DNA of 63,737 nt, the filler included, from Rhabdomonas costata (Eukaryota), in the NCBI GenBank assembly GCA_019059605.1. It is 40 parts of 40 records of this genome, joined end to end, with 100 filler letters (N's around TTAATTAATTAA, not from the genome) between each part and the next. Parts side by side here need not be neighbours in the genome. Positions count along the whole stretch, not along the records: positions 62,243 to 63,737 come from JAHMHO010014531.1; 39 more parts are not named here. One strand, 5' to 3'. A program made the translations under genes and the position numbers. Under the pieces are notes generated by a model. The model saw only the letters and a program-made list of their open reading frames with translations. It made no database searches and had not been told where the DNA came from. How positions within the stretch are numbered: position 1 is the first letter of the stretch; every line of letters begins with the position of its first letter. Below are positions 63,356 to 63,737 of the stretch, piece by piece.

Positions 63356-63737
63356 CTGTGGAGAATCACGCAGTCAGTATGCCCAAATGACTATGACTGA
63401 GCAATACCACACAGCTACTGTCAACTATAATGACAACGCACAGAACTGTTGCCGACACACAGGCGCTGCGCCAGGCGGAGGTGTGCCAGCCTGCATTTTT
63501 CTGCTTTACAGTTGCAGGTCCTGATGCTTCGTGAGCAATCATGCGCGCGGACAAATAGAGCATATTTGGCAACCTAAAACTTTGCTTGCTCAGGCGTTCA
63601 TATGTATTGAATATATATGTATTGTATATGTTGTATGTTCAATACAATATATGTATTGAAGCAAAATGCTTAAAAAATTGTCATTTGCATACACCAAGAA
63701 AGAGGGCTTATGGCCCACGATCGCGAAACATGAAACC

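Overview
This is not a continuous locus. The window is 40 unrelated contigs of about 1.5 kb joined by 39 artificial N44-TTAATTAATTAA-N44 linkers, so nothing can be inferred from neighbourhood across linkers. Most contigs begin with G/T-only bases and end with C/A-only bases, which points to whole-genome amplification with G/T primers, and several carry terminal fold-back chimeras. The DNA is from an intron-rich flagellated eukaryote, most plausibly a euglenid or other euglenozoan (inference from GTRYG and GC donors, introns with base-paired ends, and a kinetoplastid-type galactofuranosyltransferase). Recognisable exons include dynein heavy chain, kinesin, a BEACH protein, SAC3/GANP, rhodanese, MORN, TPR, Sel1, an SLC37-like MFS transporter, DCN1-like, C2H2 zinc fingers, ART, PARP-WGR, an alpha/beta hydrolase, hemC and a bacterial-type ArsC. 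Mobile DNA includes an uninterrupted Penelope-like (Naiad/Chlamys-type) RT, an AT-rich Polinton/virus-like ORF, decayed Gypsy, Copia and LINE relics, and MITEs. The best leads are the structured or non-canonical intron candidates, the Penelope-like RT, the Polinton-like fragment and the HGT candidates. All family calls come from motif recognition by eye, not from database searches.
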